A stretch of DNA of 32,000 bases from Corynebacterium glutamicum ATCC 13032 (GTDB lineage: Bacteria > Actinomycetota > Actinomycetes > Mycobacteriales > Mycobacteriaceae): positions 2,760,001-2,792,000 of the forward strand of contig NC_003450.3 in NCBI RefSeq assembly GCF_000011325.1, in the 5' to 3' direction. This document shows, in pieces, positions 28,599 to 32,000 of the stretch. The position numbers were made by a program, and so were the translations under genes. Under the pieces are notes generated by a model. It saw nothing but the letters and a program-made list of their open reading frames with translations, ran no database searches and had not been told where the DNA came from. Position 1 is the stretch's first letter; each line of letters starts with the position of its first letter.

Positions 28599-29400
28599 GC
28601 TCAAGCTTTAAAAACGCATTGCGCAAGCCGTCCTGCCCAACAGCATCCGTGACCAGGTCAGCAGCAGCCTTGAGCGATTCGGTGGCCTCGCCCATCGCGA
28701 CGCCGTAAGCGCTCGCCTCAAATAGGGAGAGATCCTCATCGCTGTCGCCGAACGCAATGGTGTTTGCGCGATCTGCGTTCAGGTACTTCAGCAGGCGATC
28801 CACGCCGATCTTCTTGTTGACAGACACACCGATCGTGCCGAACAACGCACCCGTCTGACCACCCCACGTGGTGTGCTCCAGGTTAGGGAACGCCTCACGC
28901 GCTGCGTCCAAATCTTCCTGAGAATTGAAGATGTAACTGATCTTGTTCACATCGTCACGATCAAGGCTCGCGCCCCAGAACATATCCGGGTACATGCTAT
29001 CGACTGTCACGTCGGTCTTCTCCGAAAGGCGAGACAGCACTGGCTTAGAAGCCTCACGGAAACCACGGCTTGCATACAAACCGTTGTTGGACTCGAGATA
29101 AAACTCCAAACCACGGTTGTAGAGCCACTCCACAATGTGGCGGGTCTCCTCACCCGACAAACGGCGGTGGAACACAGACTCCTGTGCGCTTTCCACATAT
29201 CCACCATTTGCGCCAATGAGGCCATCCACTCCGATATCCCACAACTGAGAAGTCACCTCAGCGCTGCTTCGACCAGAGCTCAAGTACACGCGGTGTCCTT
29301 TGGCGCGTGCCTTACGGATCGCGTCAACGGCCGAACGCGGAACTTCATTTGAGTAATCCAGCAGTGTGCCACCGATGTCTACGAAAAGTAACTTTCCCAT
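28585..29400 (-). CDS. HAD-superfamily Cof-type (subfamily IIB) hydrolase
   Basis: 271 aa. Motif I is FVDIGGTLLD, motif II is YLSSGRS and motif IV is AFGDSDEDL. The C2B cap region is typical of Cof/YbiV-like sugar phosphatases. The gene overlaps the esterase 3' end by 14 nt (convergent). Confidence 0.8.
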   Translation of the reverse strand: MGKLLFVDIGGTLLDYSNEVPRSAVDAIRKARAKGHRVYLSSGRSSAEVTSQLWDIGVDGLIGANGGYVESAQESVFHRRLSGEETRHIVEWLYNRGLEFYLESNNGLYASRGFREASKPVLSRLSEKTDVTVDSMYPDMFWGASLDRDDVNKISYIFNSQEDLDAAREAFPNLEHTTWGGQTGALFGTIGVSVNKKIGVDRLLKYLNADRANTIAFGDSDEDLSLFEASAYGVAMGEATESLKAAADLVTDAVGQDGLRNAFLKLELIDA

Positions 29401-29474
29401 GCCCCAAACTTTACGCGTAAATGAGGTACATAATCGAGAAAATTAAAGAACTTCCAATCTGAAGGAAACTCCCG

Positions 29475-29906
29475 CTACCCTGCAGCCTTACCGACAAGCC
29501 CCCTCAGCTTCGCCTCAAACTTGTCACTAACAGCCAAAACAGCGAAACTCGTGGCCCAGAAATCTCCGTCATCCAGAAAAGCTTCGTCATTAAAACCAAT
29601 GCTTCCATAGCGGGAATCGTGTTGGGAAGCTGGTTGAAAAAATACGATAACCGTGCCCTCACGCGCATACGCTGGAACGCCGTCTCGCACCTGAGGATCA
29701 AGGTGTGGCGCTTCATCCTTAACAACCCTGTGCAACAACTCCGCGATCTGTCGATCAAGCCCCTCCAACGACTCAATCAACGAGACACAATCTGCCGCCT
29801 CACGTTCTTTCTCTTTGGTGCCGGTCCCTCCAGCACCCTCCGCTCTCAATTCAGCAGCACGCAGCTTTAACGCTTGTAGCTCAGCAGCACTAATACCCTG
29901 GGCCAT
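29475..29906 (-). CDS. Hypothetical protein, possibly YdhG/DUF1801-like
   Basis: I prefer the ATG at complement 29904-29906 (MAQGISAAELQ..., 143 aa), with AGGGAGAG 5 nt upstream. The C-terminal part (GVPAYAREGTVIVFFQPASQHDSRYGSIGFNDEAFLDDGDFW) resembles DUF1801-type proteins. This family call is from memory only. Confidence 0.5.
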   Translation of the reverse strand: MAQGISAAELQALKLRAAELRAEGAGGTGTKEKEREAADCVSLIESLEGLDRQIAELLHRVVKDEAPHLDPQVRDGVPAYAREGTVIVFFQPASQHDSRYGSIGFNDEAFLDDGDFWATSFAVLAVSDKFEAKLRGLVGKAAG

Positions 29907-30092
29907 CTGGCTCTCCCTGTCATCGATTAGTTTCAACTTTTCAGTTCGATCCTAGGGTAACGATTTTAGGAGGATTCGCCTAGGGAAATTAGCCCTAATC
30001 ATTCATATTGAATTTCGCCCCACCTGCCAGGCTTTCGATCCTGGACCGAGCTCAATGCCGAGCAGTGCAAAGTTTAACTCAAGATCTTAGAA

Positions 30093-30126
30093 TGTTGCAT
30101 ATTGTTTTTTAGTTGTGTTGCATATT
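30093..30126. promoter_or_regulatory. Direct repeat TGTTGCATATT x2 in the AT-rich promoter region of the XRE gene
   Basis: The 11-mer lies at 30093-30103 and 30116-30126, 23 bp centre to centre. It is flanked by the inverted pair ATTGTTTT (30101-30108) / AAAACAAT (30127-30134), 27-60 nt upstream of the XRE ATG. Confidence 0.45.
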
Positions 30127-30152
30127 AAAACAATTTTTCATAACTTACATCC

Positions 30153-30554
30153 ATGACAACAAATCAAGAAAAGTATCCAATCAGCGATCTAGTTCGCAAC
30201 CAGCGCCGAACCCTCGACATGAATCAAGAGCATCTAGCTAAAGCCATAGACAAAACCCGATTCTGGGTAATCGACCTCGAAAAAGGAATATCCCGGAGAA
30301 CCGGTGAACCATTCACCGTCGATCCAATGATGTGTATGAAGCTTGCAGAGGCTCTCGACCTTGATCCAGTAGAGGTTTTAAGTGCAGCGAAAGTTCCCGA
30401 ATCTGAATGGCCAAATTTTTCGAAGATCATCTCCCAAAGTGACTATGTGAAGCATGTAGACATAACAAGACTGACCGTCCGCCAGCAAGATCTAGTCATC
30501 AATCTGGTCAACGAATTTAAGGAGCTTAATTTGAACACGCCATATGAAAAGTGA
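30153..30554 (+). CDS. XRE-family helix-turn-helix DNA-binding protein
   Basis: 133 aa. The HTH_XRE is RNQRRTLDMNQEHLAKAIDKTRFWVIDLEKG, followed by a roughly 60-aa C-terminal extension of unknown function. G+C is lower than in the neighbours (about 45% in two 60-nt samples I counted). Confidence 0.75.
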   Translation: MTTNQEKYPISDLVRNQRRTLDMNQEHLAKAIDKTRFWVIDLEKGISRRTGEPFTVDPMMCMKLAEALDLDPVEVLSAAKVPESEWPNFSKIISQSDYVKHVDITRLTVRQQDLVINLVNEFKELNLNTPYEK

Positions 30555-30712
30555 CTAATTTCAACCCAAACGGGAGCCTAAGTGAAATGAAATAATCCCC
30601 TCACCAACTGGCGACATTCAAACACCGTTTCATTTCCAAACATCGAGCCAAGGGAAAAGAAAGCCCCTAAGCCCCGTGTTATTAAATGGAGACTTTTTGG
30701 AGACCTCAAGCC

Positions 30713-30747
30713 AAAAAGGGGCATTTTCATTAAGAAAATACCCCTTT
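30713..30747 (-). terminator. Hairpin terminator downstream of tRNA-Thr (also faces the XRE gene)
   Basis: AAAGGGG-c-ATTTTC / GAAAAT-a-CCCCTTT (30715-30728 / 30734-30747) with a 5-nt loop. The minus strand continues TTTTTGG. Confidence 0.65.
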
Positions 30748-30762
30748 GACCTGGTGTTATTG

Positions 30763-30835
30763 AGCTGGAGAAGAGACTTGAACTCTCAACCTACGCATTA
30801 CAAGTGCGTTGCGCTGCCAATTGCGCCACTCCAGC
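30763..30835 (-). tRNA. tRNA-Thr (anticodon UGU)
   Basis: Hand-folded 73-nt cloverleaf on the minus strand. The acceptor stem is GCTGGAG/CTCCAGC, the D-arm GCGC-AATTGGCA-GCGC, the anticodon arm ACGCA-CTTGTAA-TGCGT (anticodon TGT), the variable loop AGGTT and the T-arm GAGAG-TTCAAGT-CTCTT. The discriminator is T and CCA is not encoded. Confidence 0.9.
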
Positions 30836-30982
30836 ACCGCAGATGCTGATGATCAACAACTACGAATACGTATCTTAGCGTATGTGTACATCACAATGGA
30901 ATTCGGGGCTAGAGTATCTGGTGAACCGTGCATAAACGACCTGTGATTGGACTCTTTTTCCTTGCAAAATGTTTTCCAGCGG

Positions 30983-32000
30983 ATGTTGAGTTTTGCGACC
31001 CTTCGTGGCCGCATTTCAACAGTTGACGCTGCAAAAGCCGCACCTCCGCCATCGCCACTAGCCCCGATTGATCTCACTGACCATAGTCAAGTGGCCGGTG
31101 TGATGAATTTGGCTGCGAGAATTGGCGATATTTTGCTTTCTTCAGGTACGTCAAATAGTGACACCAAGGTACAAGTTCGAGCAGTGACCTCTGCGTACGG
31201 TTTGTACTACACGCACGTGGATATCACGTTGAATACGATCACCATCTTCACCAACATCGGTGTGGAGAGGAAGATGCCGGTCAACGTGTTTCATGTTGTA
31301 GGCAAGTTGGACACCAACTTCTCCAAACTGTCTGAGGTTGACCGTTTGATCCGTTCCATTCAGGCTGGTGCGACCCCGCCTGAGGTTGCCGAGAAAATCC
31401 TGGACGAGTTGGAGCAATCCCCTGCGTCTTATGGTTTCCCTGTTGCGTTGCTTGGCTGGGCAATGATGGGTGGTGCTGTTGCTGTGCTGTTGGGTGGTGG
31501 ATGGCAGGTTTCCCTAATTGCTTTTATTACCGCGTTCACGATCATTGCCACGACGTCATTTTTGGGAAAGAAGGGTTTGCCTACTTTCTTCCAAAATGTT
31601 GTTGGTGGTTTTATTGCCACGCTGCCTGCATCGATTGCTTATTCTTTGGCGTTGCAATTTGGTCTTGAGATCAAACCGAGCCAGATCATCGCATCTGGAA
31701 TTGTTGTGCTGTTGGCAGGTTTGACACTCGTGCAATCTCTGCAGGACGGCATCACGGGCGCTCCGGTGACAGCAAGTGCACGATTTTTCGAAACACTCCT
31801 GTTTACCGGCGGCATTGTTGCTGGCGTGGGTTTGGGCATTCAGCTTTCTGAAATCTTGCATGTCATGTTGCCTGCCATGGAGTCCGCTGCAGCACCTAAT
31901 TATTCGTCTACATTCGCCCGCATTATCGCTGGTGGCGTCACCGCAGCGGCCTTCGCAGTGGGTTGTTACGCGGAGTGGTCCTCGGTGATTATTGCGGGGC
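30983..32000 (+). CDS. thrE: Threonine/serine exporter ThrE (5' 339 codons; continues beyond the window)
   Basis: Absent from the ORF track because there is no in-window stop. The frame is open from ATG 30983 to the window end. The translation is MLSFATLRGRISTVDAAKAAPPPSPLAPIDLTDHSQVAGVMNLAARIGDILLSSGTSNSDTKVQVRAVTSAYGLYYTHVDITLNTITIF...LLGWAMMGGAVAVLLGGGWQVSLIAF..., which I recognise as the C. glutamicum ThrE / ThrE-family layout. Confidence 0.88.
   Translation, partial: MLSFATLRGRISTVDAAKAAPPPSPLAPIDLTDHSQVAGVMNLAARIGDILLSSGTSNSDTKVQVRAVTSAYGLYYTHVDITLNTITIFTNIGVERKMPVNVFHVVGKLDTNFSKLSEVDRLIRSIQAGATPPEVAEKILDELEQSPASYGFPVALLGWAMMGGAVAVLLGGGWQVSLIAFITAFTIIATTSFLGKKGLPTFFQNVVGGFIATLPASIAYSLALQFGLEIKPSQIIASGIVVLLAGLTLVQSLQDGITGAPVTASARFFETLLFTGGIVAGVGLGIQLSEILHVMLPAMESAAAPNYSSTFARIIAGGVTAAAFAVGCYAEWSSVIIAG

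Noticed and set aside
29941-30055. TTCGATCC-containing segments read as tRNA pseudogenes or attachment sites.
   Set aside because: No full cloverleaf can be folded. The T-loop-like part has an 8-nt loop, and the match to the tRNA-Thr 3' half is only about 10 of 16 at the best candidate (30071-30086). I kept it only as a note within the islet finding.
30853-31861. Minus-strand ORFs at 30853..31077, 31151..31417, 31429..31620 and 31556..31861.
   Set aside because: All are antisense to the uninterrupted thrE reading frame, which I recognise. None has any recognisable motif.
30763-32000. Functional link between tRNA-Thr(UGU) and the divergently oriented threonine exporter gene thrE.
   Set aside because: The adjacency is amusing, but I see no T-box, attenuator or Thr-codon-rich leader peptide in 30836-30982. 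The only mini-ORF there, MLMINNYEYVS, has no Thr. Coincidence is the simplest reading.

Overview
The window reads as ordinary high-GC actinobacterial core chromosome. Gene order and protein sequences match what I recall of Corynebacterium glutamicum: ptrB-purC-purB-avtA-purD, HIT, methyltransferase, POT permease, bioA-bioD, phoS-phoR, merR-like, DSD-like gene coupled to pqo, cgmA-cgmR, UMF1 permease, secreted double GH16-like protein, two gene fragments, ddh, esterase, HAD, DUF1801-like, XRE regulator, tRNA-Thr, thrE. This identification is from memory of the sequences and no search was possible. I support about 27 protein genes, 2 abutting pseudogene fragments, 1 tRNA, several intrinsic terminators and a few operator-like sites. 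Two genes cut by the window edges (ptrB at the left, thrE at the right) are absent from the ORF track because they have no in-window stop. Several ORF-track starts look over-extended (purC, POT permease, phoR, DSD-like gene, ddh, DUF1801-like gene). I see no CRISPR array, IS or transposase, rRNA, or multi-gene defence or secondary-metabolite cluster, and I cannot honestly claim a large novel system. The items most worth a second look are: (1) a roughly 230-bp composite intergenic repeat with paired hairpins and a conserved tail, in 3 copies plus a possible fragment; (2) a 38-codon PorA/PorH-like acidic peptide gene with its own strong terminator and a 28% GC upstream region; (3) a TTTCCGAAC PurBox-like motif upstream of both purC and purD; (4) a deletion scar joining a LysR-type gene to a KstD-like flavoprotein gene; (5) ATGA coupling of pqo to a D-Ser dehydratase-like gene; (6) an internally duplicated GH16-like secreted protein; (7) a low-GC XRE islet beside tRNA-Thr.
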